A stretch of DNA of 64,000 nucleotides from the NCBI GenBank assembly GCA_964199315.1, contig OZ116698.1, positions 9,610,001 to 9,674,000 of the forward strand. Reading direction: 5' to 3'. Made by a program: the position numbers and the translations under genes. The notes under the pieces are model-generated. The model was not told where the DNA came from. It searched no databases and was given only the letters and a program-made list of their open reading frames with translations. Below, piece by piece: positions 13,201 through 25,800 of the stretch. Origin of the DNA: Orbicella franksi (Eukaryota). Within the stretch, counting starts at the first letter, position 1. Each line of letters starts with the position of its first letter.

Positions 13201-14564
13201 GTTATAAGTTCTCAGTAAATTTTTGGGTGTTTTTTCTCTGCTGGGACTCTAAAACCCTTAGCCTATATGAGACCATTGTGAGCATTTTACAACCTGTGCT
13301 AGACAAGATGCCATAACCTTATGGTTTTCAGGAAGTCGCATTTTTATTGAATTACAACATCTTCATTTTTTTTTGTATTTCATTAAACAACATGCAATCG
13401 ACAAGTAAAAACAACTTACAGAGATGTAAAACACGCTAATCAGTGTCACCCTATGATTTATAATCTCTTTGCCTTTTAGCCAGCACAGTTCCTGGAGGAC
13501 CGCGTGGAGGTCAAACACGTGTGTATCTTCGCAACGAACATCTTCAATATATAATTACTTGGTATGTAATTGAGCTATTTTATCTTTGCAAAGTTCGAGC
13601 CCTGGCCGGTTTCCTTAAATTGCGTTTTTGGAAAGACAGTCCTTTCACTCGGTCCTTCTGCCGACGAGTGTAAATGGGGTACCTGCAATGAACTAGCATC
13701 ACATCCAGTGGAGGTAGAAATACTTAAGCTATTTCGGGCTGACGAGACACCTACCGGTATTAAGTATTTATGAACTTGAAGTTGTTCAAGGTAAATTAAC
13801 CACCATACGTAGCAAGTTTGTGAAGTTGACGTTTGGAGCGTCAGATCAAAGTGGTTGGTTGTTGGTTGTTGGTTGTGAGCGTGTATATAGCGTGGAGTAG
13901 GGTCAGCTATTGGTAGAAAAAATACCCCCTCGTTGGGCCCATGGGAAGCCAAGATACCGAGTTGAAAAACACATATTAATATGCCCTGAATTTTTGCGAC
14001 TTTCAGCACTGCCTAGATGAAGTAAATATCTTGCGAAGAATGGTCGAAAAGTTTGAAATGTTTGCAGACAGGTTTATAGCGTCTTTGTCCTATCCCACCA
14101 GCAACCCCCCCCACCCCCCACCCCCCAACTCAACAAAAAAATGAACCGTACCTAAAGGACAACACTTAATGGCTGAAATTTACGCCTTATGGAAAAAAAT
14201 ATGCAACGTGTTCTTTGTTATTTTCTTATCACTTTCCCCTGATGAAGTCTGAAGTTTTTGCCGAAACGTCAAGATTTTAAACATTAAAATTTTTATTTAC
14301 TTTTGTTAACCAGAGTAACAGACAGCACTGAACACTAAGAATTAGGTAGATAATCGCTTTTAATTTTGTTCGTATAAAACAAAACCTTGAAGAGCGATAC
14401 AGTCATGAGTATTCATGAAATGCTGTCACTCAATTTCTCGAGATTTCTTCTATAAATCCAACAGTGCTTCTGTTTCATTTTTTTCTTTCAGGTACGCGTT
14501 GTCTGCCTTCACCGCGTACATGTACTACAAGCTCAGGAAATCCCCAAGGAATATCATCCCTTGA
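10241..14564 (+). CDS. SURF1: Surfeit locus protein 1 (cytochrome c oxidase assembly factor), ~282 aa
   Basis: Exons 10241-10304, 10585-10789, 11561-11749, 11887-11959, 12589-12636, 13045-13159, 13480-13561, 14492-14564 in phase; motifs [59 protein letters not shown]. First exon is the least certain. Confidence 0.96.
10861..11012. mobile_element. hAT-like MITE with 5-bp TSD
   Basis: TIR CAGTGGCGGATC / GATCGGCCACTG; GGTTA at 10856-10860 and 11013-11017. Confidence 0.8.
14239..14276 (+). ncRNA. Degenerate Penelope-type minimal hammerhead ribozyme motif
   Basis: CTGATGA-AGTCTGAAGTTTTTGCC-GAAAC-GTC core in SURF1 intron 7; stems I and II poorly paired. Confidence 0.45.
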
Positions 14565-15344
14565 CCTGCCACTGATGACTACAGCAACGACAGAAATGTT
14601 CTGTTTGTTAATTTAAAACTGCTGTTAAATCTTCCAGTTTCACGACAAATTTGAAAATGCTAGTTCAACAAAGATACGCCATGTCATGGCAAAAAAAACA
14701 CATTTATTTCAGAAGGAGTCCAGCATGAAGACCATGAATGGGTGCCATGTCAATAAAACTACGGAAAAGATAGCAAATAAAGGAATAGGTTCGATGCACA
14801 ACTAGCCGCTCATTTGTTGTATTCTCTTACTTGTTTTTCGACTGTGACGGATGCAGGTATGCAGTGATTTACCACCAAGCTACAACCGATATCGTATTGA
14901 ATGAACGGAAAGAGATTCTCGTCTGCTCCTCTGGTAAATCTTCGTCATTAAGTCGGACGGGAAATACTAAGAGGCCCTAACTCCCCCCTTCCCCCCCTCC
15001 CTCCCTCCCTCCCCTCACCGACTTGTCCTCAGCCTTTCGATTTCCAGTACTTAGAGTCTTTCCAGACGGCTGGCAACGAGTCACCTGTGATCCCGTTCGG
15101 TCTCTAGCTGGGCAGCTAGGTAAATACGGAAACTGAACTATTCTATAACATGAAATATTTCTGACAGCTTAAGTTGTCGATTTTCAAAAAGCGATTAATC
15201 AAATTTAAATTTGACCACTTTGGTTTAAGATTTCAGTCATTGTAACACATACAAGTGAATTTCACTTAGTCAAAATGACTAAGGACTAAGGAATGAATGC
15301 TCGAGATGAACTGGAAAGGAACTGAACAAGACGGCCAATTTTCT

Positions 15345-15587
15345 TTAAAGGAGCTCAGTCACGGTTTGCACATTTTGAGAAGTTTAGCCTAAATTTTTCA
15401 GATTCGTATGTAATCCGTGTCAATCTTCGCCATCCTTCACCATCCTTGTTCGGTTATGGTTTATTATTGTCTCTTTGATGTTTTTCTATCTTAGTGAACT
15501 ATTATTTACAGGTTTCCTTCCATTTAAAGGAGATTTTGTACTTGGCCAAAAAAGCAAAAGACAAAACACCGTGACTGAGCTCTTTAA
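15345..15587. mobile_element. Kolobok-like non-autonomous element (TTAA TSD), copy 1
   Basis: TTAA-AGGAGCTCAGTCACGG...CCGTGACTGAGCTCT-TTAA; related copy in opposite orientation at 40862-41097. Confidence 0.75.
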
Positions 15588-18514
15588 GTATGTTGTTCTT
15601 ACATTCGCTTGCATACTTTGAGTGACTATACTATAATGATTATAACCGTCAGTCATTTTATAGAAATGAGTGGCTACTTATATACGGGGCAAAATTAAAG
15701 AAGGTTCAAACGAACATTTAACAAATTGACGTCAGTTTTTCATGCATCTGCCCTGTTATTGATCAAGTGGATCCACCAGGAGCCGGACATAAGGTATAAC
15801 CGAGTGCAAAGGACATATCCTAAGCCATCTCCGACTCATGAGAATCTAACGCTAAAAGAAATTACTACAGTACGAGTTCTTAGTCCGGGCAACTTGGGAC
15901 AAATCCACCCAATCAAAACGTTAAGCGAAACAAAGGAAAGCGACCTTTATCGTAAAAGCAACCAACAACGTTAAGAATACAAACAAACAAATGTAGAAAA
16001 AATGACTAAAGCAAAAAATTCTATCAAAGCAGGCCAAATGACTTTCCAATAAGCATTTTTTCATTCTTTATCATTGATTGATTGTCAGGCAAGCATTTAA
16101 CCTAAAGTGAAGTAATGATCGTTGAGGGGGTCTATAACCTCATGCAATTCTGCTTTTTTATAGACTTCTCGTCCCTTTTTGATTTTAAAGCCTGTTTGTA
16201 AGAATATGTATGATATATTGATTATAAAAGTGATGGAAGTAATAAAGTTGAAAGTTCTGAAACAATAAAATTGCGCCATGTTGAGGACTTTTAAACAAAA
16301 CTTTGTCATTCTTTGGTTATTTTTCGTTTTGATCCTAAACTTTTAGCGATCGACTTTCTAAGGTTTCTCTTTGGCGGTCACAAAACGAAATTTGGAGCTT
16401 ATATTTCCGTGTTAATGTTTGCGCTACGCGACCACTGGCGAGGAGTGGCAGGGGATGCAAAGGGCTGAAAGTACCAAGGTTTGGTCTGGGGGCCTGAGAG
16501 AAGGGTTAATAATAATAATAATAATTGATTTGTATTTGTAAGGGTTAGGTGCTTGGACGGTTGCTATGGAAACCGCTAAGGAACGGGGAAAAAAAGGGGG
16601 AGAAAAACCTGGCGAACAACAGTTACGCGTAGAGAACCAAACGCGGAGACGAACGACGCCCCCAAACGGGCCTTTTGGCAAGAGCGAGATTGAAAAGAGC
16701 CGAGGCCTGGACGCTGCTTCGCTAAACATTAACTTCTGCCAAAGAACTAGGCTTAGTCTCCAGAGGATCGCAGAGACACCGAAACACCCACGTCTGGAGA
16801 CTGAGCCTACCAAAGAACTTGACACCAGGGAAAGCTTTGTCTGGAAGCTTCAACGTCGCTAGTTCGTTTACGAGAGAAATCGGCAGCTTAGGCATGAGAA
16901 AGTGAAGGGATCATTATTTCTTCTGTCCCACTCCTTGAGAGGAAGAGAGATCCTGGGACTGACATTGTCACACACACGGTACACAACTGACTTCCGGCGC
17001 CTTTTAATCGTCGTGACCACATTCTATGACATTTCGCATCAAACGAGTCAAGACTTTACCACCCTTTCTTCGTGCCAAGGTCCCACTGGCTAAGAGGGAC
17101 AGGTGGCTCTGGGAACGAGAATGGAGCTCTGTGGGAATTTGTATGGATTTCAAATTGGATTGAAAATTCTTAAAACTCTCTCCAGTCTTCCTTTGACGAG
17201 CTACCATAATGTTCAAAACCTTAGTGTCTTTTTTTCGGTTGTTCCAGCACTTTTGGCGATTTTTGGTTTTAATGGCACATGACTGACAGACAACGAAAGT
17301 TCTTCCAGATTGAACTCAATGCAGCACCTGAGTCACAAATAATTTTGCTTTAATATTAACTTCAAAGTTCTACTTAGTAAGTTTATAGTACATTCACGTT
17401 TTTTAGTCCTGCAAGGATTGCTCAGTATCCATTCCAATACTGCCCAAGAATGAAAATAACAAACTTCAAAATTAGGCAAAATTTTTGGATTCCTTTTCCA
17501 AAGAGAGTAAGCTTGACTTCCGCCACTCACTCAAGTCCAGTCTATGTTGGGGTGCAGGCTCCTTTCTCGAACAGCAGCTAGTAATCAAGCCTAAAGAAAG
17601 AGGAACTGGAACCAATTTGTGGAAACGTCGCAGTACATAACTTGTTGTAAGATAAATAATGAATTACACAGTCTTAATTCACAAAAACCTTGTTCCACAA
17701 AATATTCTCTTTTTGGTCACCTACGGTGACAGAGGTTTTTGTTGGACTTTGAAAATTAGCTTCCTATACATGCCAGAGAACGAGCAAGAGAGTTAACAAT
17801 GAGCTGTGTGGAATGCTTAGCAAATGAACAAAAAACCTCTGGACCCAGGGCTATTTAAGGCCCAATCCCAAAATATATCTAAGTTACGATTGCAAATTTA
17901 ATACCTAAAAATAATAGTAATTTATTAGTTATGCTAAAAGAGGATTGTAAAAATACAAGGCAAATAAAACTAACAATATGATCTTAATTAGAAAATACCG
18001 AGTGCAAAAATGTTGAAGACAAAAGAGAACAATATATTACATTCAATTTGTGTTTTCAACATAAATATACACCTTACCATAACAATTAACCCCGTGTCAA
18101 ATTCTATACATGCATATGTATAAGACATCTGTAGGAAGTTCTAAACATTTATCAGAATGTTCAAAAATAATCAATTCATTGCTTTATGAAGTGATGAGAA
18201 TAATTATCATTATCAGAAATTTGTTACTGTCCGTTGTAAATCTGTGGAACTATTTGACTCTCCAAAGCCATTTCCAACTTCAGGTGACAGTCAATAATTG
18301 TGCCCACGATTTGTCATAGACTTCAAACTTCCACGAGTGGAATCCATTACATTAAAATTTCTGGTGTGAAGACAAAGTGACCTTGTTTCACAATTTACGT
18401 GGGATTAAACTATTTAATAACATAATGAGTGACCACGAGTGACTGGCAAATTTGTTTGCTCATTGAAGACTTGAACTTGCTGTCTAAATATAACATTTGA
18501 AGTCCTAATTGAAA

Positions 18515-21500
18515 TTACTCAAACTTAGCAATTAGGACCATCATTAAAACTCCAGTGAACAATCCAAGAATTTCTTTAATGGACTGTCCTAGTTTTGTGT
18601 CCTCAAGTAATTCAGGGATGACAGACACTGTGGCAATATAAATGAAACCTCCTGCTGTGAAGGGCAAGATCCATAGTGTTGCAGAATCCCCAATGTTTTC
18701 TGCCAGTAAGCCACAGACTGTGCCAGCTAAGGCTCCTGTGGCTGTTGTCAATTGAAGAAACATTGCCTGGAAAAATAGTCAAGTTTGTCATTCGTACATA
18801 TTTAAAGCCTTGCAACAAATTTATAAAGAGAAATCTCCATTTGGTTCAAATTATTATTTTCACCTAATGGACGTTATCTGTTCAAAAAACACTGACAAAA
18901 TCCCAAGAGAAAAGTTTGACTAAAACTGTGAGCTTCAAGGAATAGATTAGGTCCAAGGGCAAAATACCCCTACATATTTTGAAACTAATAATAATATATT
19001 CTGTTCATTATTCTCGGTTCTCCCTGGCTGCAAGATCTTAACAAAGCTGTCACATGTTAAAGTGATTTTGTTCGCATTAAAGATCTTGCTGTCCGTTCAA
19101 AACAGTGAGCTTGAACTTACATTAAGTACAAAAATTACACAAAATGTAGGCAAAATTTGTTTAAAATTTTGACAACTAGGTGATATCATTGGGGCATTTC
19201 CTGTTACAGTATATCTCAGGTTTGGCTGCACCATGCGACGTGTTTAAACCACTTCTATACCAAATGCATCCACTGCACTCACAACAGAATAGAATGAACC
19301 TCTGATATGACATTTATAAAATTAATGAATGTCATTCAAACATACAACTTATGCATATAAAGACGTTGATGGGACAAATGGTACAGTGGATAATAGAGTG
19401 TAAGATTTTTGATCAGTGACGCAGGAACTGGCAAACTCTCCTGAAGACTACATACCTTTCTCTTGTTGCATCCAGACTGTACCAAGATAGCAAAGTCTCC
19501 AATCTCATGAGGAACCTCATGAAGAAGGATTGTGAGAGTAGTGATTATGCCGAGATTGCGACTCACAAGAAACGAGGCGCCAATGGCCAGTCCATCAGTG
19601 AAATTATGAGTGAAGTCTGCAGCAAGATTTAAGTAGCCTGCCACCTTAATATCATCCTCATGACCATGTGGTTCTGCAAGAAAACAGCTTTGTCAATTTT
19701 TTTGAAAGAGAAATAAATTTTGTTAGATTTGTCACAAGTTGACCTTCACTTAACCATCACCTTGTCACTTTGCTCGAGGACGATCTTTGAGCAAAGAAGT
19801 CATGAGAGGTTGCCTTTTTAACAGTGAAACCATCAGGAAGTACTATTGGAAACGACTTTCAGAAGGTCTGCAACTATGAGTTTGTTCTCTCATAAAATCA
19901 CAACAAAATTCTGTCAAATCAAAATTGCCGATAGCTACATGTATCTTACTATCCCACATGAAGCAAGAAATCTGAGTAAATAGAATCATTTGGTAGATTT
20001 GAGGAGGGTACTGGAGACCATTCTTATCTTATTTCGTCGCACCCTTTTTCAACTGAACCATGTATAAGGTCTGAAGGACCAAAATGTTTTATCCCCATCC
20101 CCTTTATTAGAGGAAGAATAGATCCTTTTCATAAATGGCTGCCAATTATAAATTCTTTTGTAAGTATTAAAATTAACCTTTCTAACCTCGTTTTTAAGTT
20201 GATAAATCAAAAGATTTTTTTCTCTCAAACAAGGTTTAAGAGAGGCTAGTTTAAATGCATACAAAATAATTTTAAATTGGCAGCCATTTATAAAGTGTCT
20301 ATGGACTGAGCCCTCCTGTTGGTCCCCTTCTCAAATCAAATGGCCTCATCTTCATTTCCCTCATTTGGCTATCAACACCTCTAGATCTTATAATGTTAGA
20401 AATACAGTAAACAAATTCCAGTTCAGCGTAGAGTTTTATTTATGCAGAAATTTTAAGAACACGAGAGAATAAATAAAGAAGCATAAGGTGTAACCAAGTG
20501 TTCTTTGAACTTCTCAAGCATTCTTAAAAATTCCCAAGTGCTTACGTTGTACTTACAACTTAGCAATAAATCACAAGATACTCTCTTGTCATGAACATTT
20601 TATGAATAAATATATTTTTTTTTCTTCATGTAAAGGACAAAATGAAATCCAGAAGGCCAGCCAGCTGCAACTTGCTCGGAGAAATGAAAAATTTGCCTCG
20701 CTGTAAACTGAATTTTAATTTTCACACTATAATGGGAATGATAAATTCACGTTGTCAAAAAATCATGAACTGAACAAAGGGATAGCATTTGAGTAGAAAT
20801 GTCGCTACAACAACCATGCTAACCAGGTCAAATAGACTGTTTCTATGATTAGGTTTTACTGTAATGAGAGAAAAAAGATTGCTTGGCCAAAACGGTTAAA
20901 TCATCTCAGTTCAAGAGAGAAAACCCTCTAATTTTCGATAAAATGATCAGCAAAATATATTATTTATAGCACAATAAAAATATTGAAAAAAAGCACAAAA
21001 ATTGCAACATCAAAATTTTAAATAAATTTATCTCGATAATCCACAAATTGTCGCTTAAATCATGTCTAAGATAGCTAAAATAACGATTTTAACACGAAAT
21101 ACTGCGTCTTTGTTTGAGGAAATTTATTCAGTCACAAAGATCAATTTCACACTGACACGTAGACGAAGACAGAAATTTGCATACGGATGATTCGCGCGTC
21201 ACAGAGATCGGATTTATATTGATTTAAAACTCGAAAGTCTCGAAAAAGCTGAAAAAATACACTCCAAATTAATGGATTTTTGTTAAAATAAAAACAGTAC
21301 CGTGGGAAACTAAAGCTGCCGAATAAAGAACTGTGAAACTGTTGTTAATGATTTGCGCACCGAATCAGAAAATTTTAAGATCTTGGAAATTAATTTTTTT
21401 TCGGAGAGTGGAAAGCGTGACAGAGGAATAATGATGTTGGAAAACAAACATTCAGACAGTACAAATTGAATAATATTCGTTGAAACCTACTTACGTGTCA

Positions 21501-22485
21501 AATAATAGTTCGAAACGATTAAAAAGGGTTTTTGAAAAGACAGCAGACTTTGTTTTTCTGGAAAAGCGAAATTAAAAATTTAAGAAACGTGACCTGAAAA
21601 CCAAGCTCACATTTTCCACAAGCTTATAACATGAAGGATTTTCTGTCTTTTAAATATTTTACCTGAGGCTGTCTCCGTTTTTGTTTCCTTCTCTGTCGCC
21701 TCGTCTGTCTTTTTCCTTCTCCGCAACTCCTTATCACTCTCCTCGGGTAGAGAATCTTTGGTTTCGCTCTCTGTTTTAGTCGCGACGTCTCCATTCTTAG
21801 CTTCAACTTTCGGGGCGCCATGAGAGTGTCCATGTCCTCCTTTAACTAGCCGAACAAACTTCTCTACCATGAGAAAAGCTATCAAGCCAGCTAGAACCCA
21901 GAGACCGACTACCATTTCTGACGAATGATCATGATGGCCGCCTGCTTCGTGGCTGTGTGAGTGCGAGTGAGAATGCGAATGTTCATGGCCGTCTTCTCCT
22001 CCGTGTGAATGCGGTGAAATCGCATGAGGAATTAAATGGAGAAATGCATCCCCCAAGAGGCCTCCTGAGGCAAAAGCCAGAAGAACCTTCAACAGAGGTT
22101 GCTGTTCGGCCGAGTTGCTTTGTAGTGGAATGAAAAACAAGATGAAGAACGGTGCTGCGCTGATCAGCAGAGTGGCGGCAATAGCTTGAAGCCACTTGGA
22201 CAGGTTTCCGCCTTGATCAGATAGCTTAGGAGAGGTCCCAGTCCCGTGATGAGGCACTTTCATCTTAACATCTTCCGAGTGATGATCGTGGCTGTGCCCG
22301 TGATGATCGTGGCTATGGCCATGATGGTGGTGGCTGTGATCATGATGATGGTGATGATGCTGTTTTTCGTGAGGGTGTTCGTGAACATGATCGGTTTCGT
22401 GTTCTCCGTCACTATGCATACCATTTATTGCTGAAAAGAGGAAAAGCAAGAGAAAAACACAGTGCATCCTTCCTCTTAGAGCCAT
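18515..22485 (-). CDS. SLC39A7: Zinc transporter ZIP7, ~430 aa
   Basis: Exons 22485-21663, 19673-19456, 18766-18515 in phase; signal peptide, His-rich N-terminus, [80 protein letters not shown]. Confidence 0.97.
20117..20302. mobile_element. MITE
   Basis: TIR ATAGATCCTTTTCATAAATGGCTGCCAATT / AATTGGCAGCCATTTATAAAGTGTCTAT. Confidence 0.7.
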
Positions 22486-22843
22486 TGTTAGGAGAGCCAC
22501 AGATCGATGACAACTTGTTTGCCGACTTGCCGGTGACTGTGTCGGTGACTTTTACCGGTGTCTACGCCTGTCGTACCTCTTGTCAGCTGGTTGACGTGGC
22601 AAGCATGCGCAGAGCTAGGTAAACTTTCAAAATTCTCCCCAGTGTAACTCGCTTATAAAAAATGCGTAACTAAAAGAAACTGGGGATGAACTAAAATACC
22701 CAGAAACCCTTGCAACAAGTCAGCGGTAATCCCTTAAAATGTCAATACATGAAATTAATTTCACACTTCATGTGCAATCTTTCACCATCTTCGGAGCACG
22801 TTGAAATTCTTGAATGGCTGTTCGCCAAGGGTAAGATGTATTT
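22486..22843. promoter_or_regulatory. Bidirectional promoter region SLC39A7 / makorin
   Basis: Divergent coding starts ~360 bp apart. Confidence 0.6.
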
Positions 22844-25800
22844 ATGATTTCTGCTTTCTTGTTTTCTTCTCAGTTCCTTACGATCGTTTGTCTCCCAAGG
22901 TCAACGTCGGCAACCAAACAAATCTTGTGCAGGTACGATTCCGGGTTGTTACCGGCGGATTTCTATTTTTAAGTTATTTGAGGATCTTGTCTTTTTTTTT
23001 TTTTTTTTTTTTTTTCTGTACGGCAGTCTATTATGAAGGTCCTAACGATAGAAATCTTACGTGCCCACAATGGACAAGTTAATATATCTTGTCACCGTCA
23101 GAAGTTCCCGTTTTCTGTTAGTAGTACCCTTCCATCCAAATTCCTGGGCTTTATCTAAAATAATCATTTAGAGGTTAAGTTTAATTAAATTTATCTTGCA
23201 TTTTTCCCCGCTCACTGCCCTGTTATCTTTTGACCTTAGCCTTGTAGCTTTGTAGGGTCTTCTCACCAGGATCCTGGTCCCTGCAATTGTGCCTCCCCCC
23301 CACCTCCAAACACACACACTTCACAAGAGAGTTGTTAATTAAACTCTTTATGGAAATAACAAAATAGTTTTTGAGTAAGGTTACATGGAATGGATCAGAG
23401 GGCACACCATGTCTGCGCACTTTGCTAAGAAGGAGTGTGCCTAGAAGTGACATAAAGAAATTAAGGCCCAGTTCAGACGTCATGCTCTTGCCGTGCCGAA
23501 CTAAATTCAGGATTTAAGTCCGAGAAAAGCACAGCAGAAGCACGGTGTCTGAATCAAACTTTTGCATTAAGTTTGGCAAGCAATTAAGCTCAACAAGCTC
23601 TGCCATGCTACACGACTCTGGCACGGCAGTGATTCAGACGTTGTGCTTTTGCCACGCTAAACAAAATTCATAAATTATATTAATATATTTTGGTGAGATT
23701 GTGTTCCCACGGGGAGTTAGGAGGAGAATTGCTACGAGGCATCAGTAAATGCTGAATTTGGTTCGACTCTGGCACGCCGTCTGAATCAGAGTTGTTTCTT
23801 TCCCGTGCTATAGTCGAACCAAATTGCAATTAAGTTTGGTACAGCAGAAGCACGACGTCTGAACTGGGCCTAAACTGCAGCATCATTCAGTAGGCCTAAA
23901 ACAGGGATGAGGGATGAGATTATTACAAGCTACCTATAAACATGTTAACCTGAGCATTGTTCAGGTTTACTGGAGTGGTATTCAGGCTAACCCACCACCT
24001 CTTACCCCTCACCCCTCACTCCTCACCCCTCACCCCTCACCTCTAACTCCTCACCCCTCACTCCTTACCCTCTCTCCTCACACCTCACCCATCACCCCTC
24101 ACTTCTTATCTCACTCGTCAACCATCACTCTTCACTCCTCACCCTTTACCTCTTGCCCCTCACCCCCTCACTCCTCACCCCTGGCCCCTGGCCCCTCACC
24201 TCTCATCCCCATTTTTGACTGATTCCTCTTCCCAAGTTGTGTTCAGAGGTGATGCAAGATCACTCTGAATACATGTAAAGTTACGTCACTCTATATTTTC
24301 CCGCTCCCCACAATGGCAGTTACCGTATGTAGGAAGTAATCTGTCGGGGACTCAGAATTTTTCTTTGTCCCACGCTCGTGTCATGTTGATTAATTCACCT
24401 TCACATTTCATTACCGAGCTTAGAATTCACCATCTTTATTAACTTATCACTACTCACGATGAATTCGATAGCGTTGATCCTAGCAGTATGCAGGACACCT
24501 ATCATATATGAACTCAGTGAAATGACCTTGCTCTCCATGAGTTCTCGTAGCTCAGTGGATAGAGCGCCTGCCCGGTGTTCAGGAGGTCATGGGTTCGATT
24601 CCTGTCGGGGACTCAGAATTTTTCTTTGTCCCACGCTCGTGTCATGTTGATTAATTTCACCTTCACATAGGAAGTAATCTGTTATTAATTTAATTAAGGT
24701 ACTATGTGCATGGAGTCTGCAGGGAAGGAGAAAACTGCCAGTATTCACACGACTTAAAAGATAAACCGTCAATGGTATGTCATCTTTGTAATTTATGGCA
24801 TTTTAGTGTTATTACTGTCAAAATATTTCCACAAGTCGAAGAATGCAGCCGCCCAGTTCCAATTATTGCTTTGACTTTGTTTGTTTCCTGAAAGTGAAGG
24901 TAAAGGTGACTTGCACTAGGGTCTCAAATTGTCTGTATCTTAACATATTATGGCTTGTAGTAAACAATAAATTGATTAATGCTTTAGTATGCATGGCATC
25001 ATCAAGTTATGATGCAGATGGCAAGATGAGAGAACACAAAAGAAGCATAAGAGTTTCATGAGGTACAGCCGAGATCAACTTAGCTTCTTGAGTGCTCTCC
25101 AAATGTCTTATAATAAGCGTGTTGTAACTTGATAATGCACAGTTCAAAGTTTCATAACATTACCAATAGAAATGACGAAGCCAAGTATGCTTTGCTCAAA
25201 CCATGAGTGTGCATGATTAGATTTTATAAAATACGTGAGATACTATACATGCTCCCATTGGTTGATAGGTGTTTTCAGGTGAGAGTATGTAAACACAGTT
25301 GTGACGTTTTAGATTTGAGAAATATTTTATAAAAGGAATAGAGTACTTAAATTTCAGTGTTTACAAAGCCTCATAGCCTCATCTAAACACTGGGAAGGAG
25401 TGTTGGGAAAATTCTTGAGATGTAGTCAAGGGCTTGCATAAGTGTCTTGAATTCTCTGAACGCCCCTTGTGTTTAGAAGAGGCTATGTAAACACAGAAAA
25501 AGTGCTCTATTGCTTAAATGGTGCACACTTATGTATACTTAGTTTGATAGCACAACTTTTATGGCTATGTTATAGTGTCATTCTGGCAGAACTTTTTAAC
25601 CCAATAACCTGTAATAAAGAGACACTTTTACAGTATCATTGTAATATTTTCAAGCATAATTTGGAGTGTTTATTTCATAGATTTGTAAGTATTATCTACA
25701 AGGAGCATGTTCCTATGGAAACAGTTGTCGTTTTGACCATGTCAAGCCACCATCTGGAAGGTACTGTATACCTGATTTGATAAACATCATTTTACTAGTC

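Noticed and set aside
14572-14600. CTGATGA...GAAA just after the SURF1 stop codon as a 3'-UTR hammerhead
   Set aside because: No stem II closing pair and no stem I/III complementarity.
16380-17600. GC-richer intergenic segment with ORFs of 98 and 133 aa
   Set aside because: A patchwork of MITE/SINE fragments and an (AAT)n tract; no consistent splice phase or recognisable protein motif.
23914-24222. 102-aa Pro/His/Ser/Leu-rich ORF
   Set aside because: Translation of the heptamer simple repeat in an intron.
24541-24613. Functional tRNA gene
   Set aside because: The anticodon loop lacks U33, and the cloverleaf is embedded in a TSD-flanked repeat unit; reported as a tRNA mimic instead.
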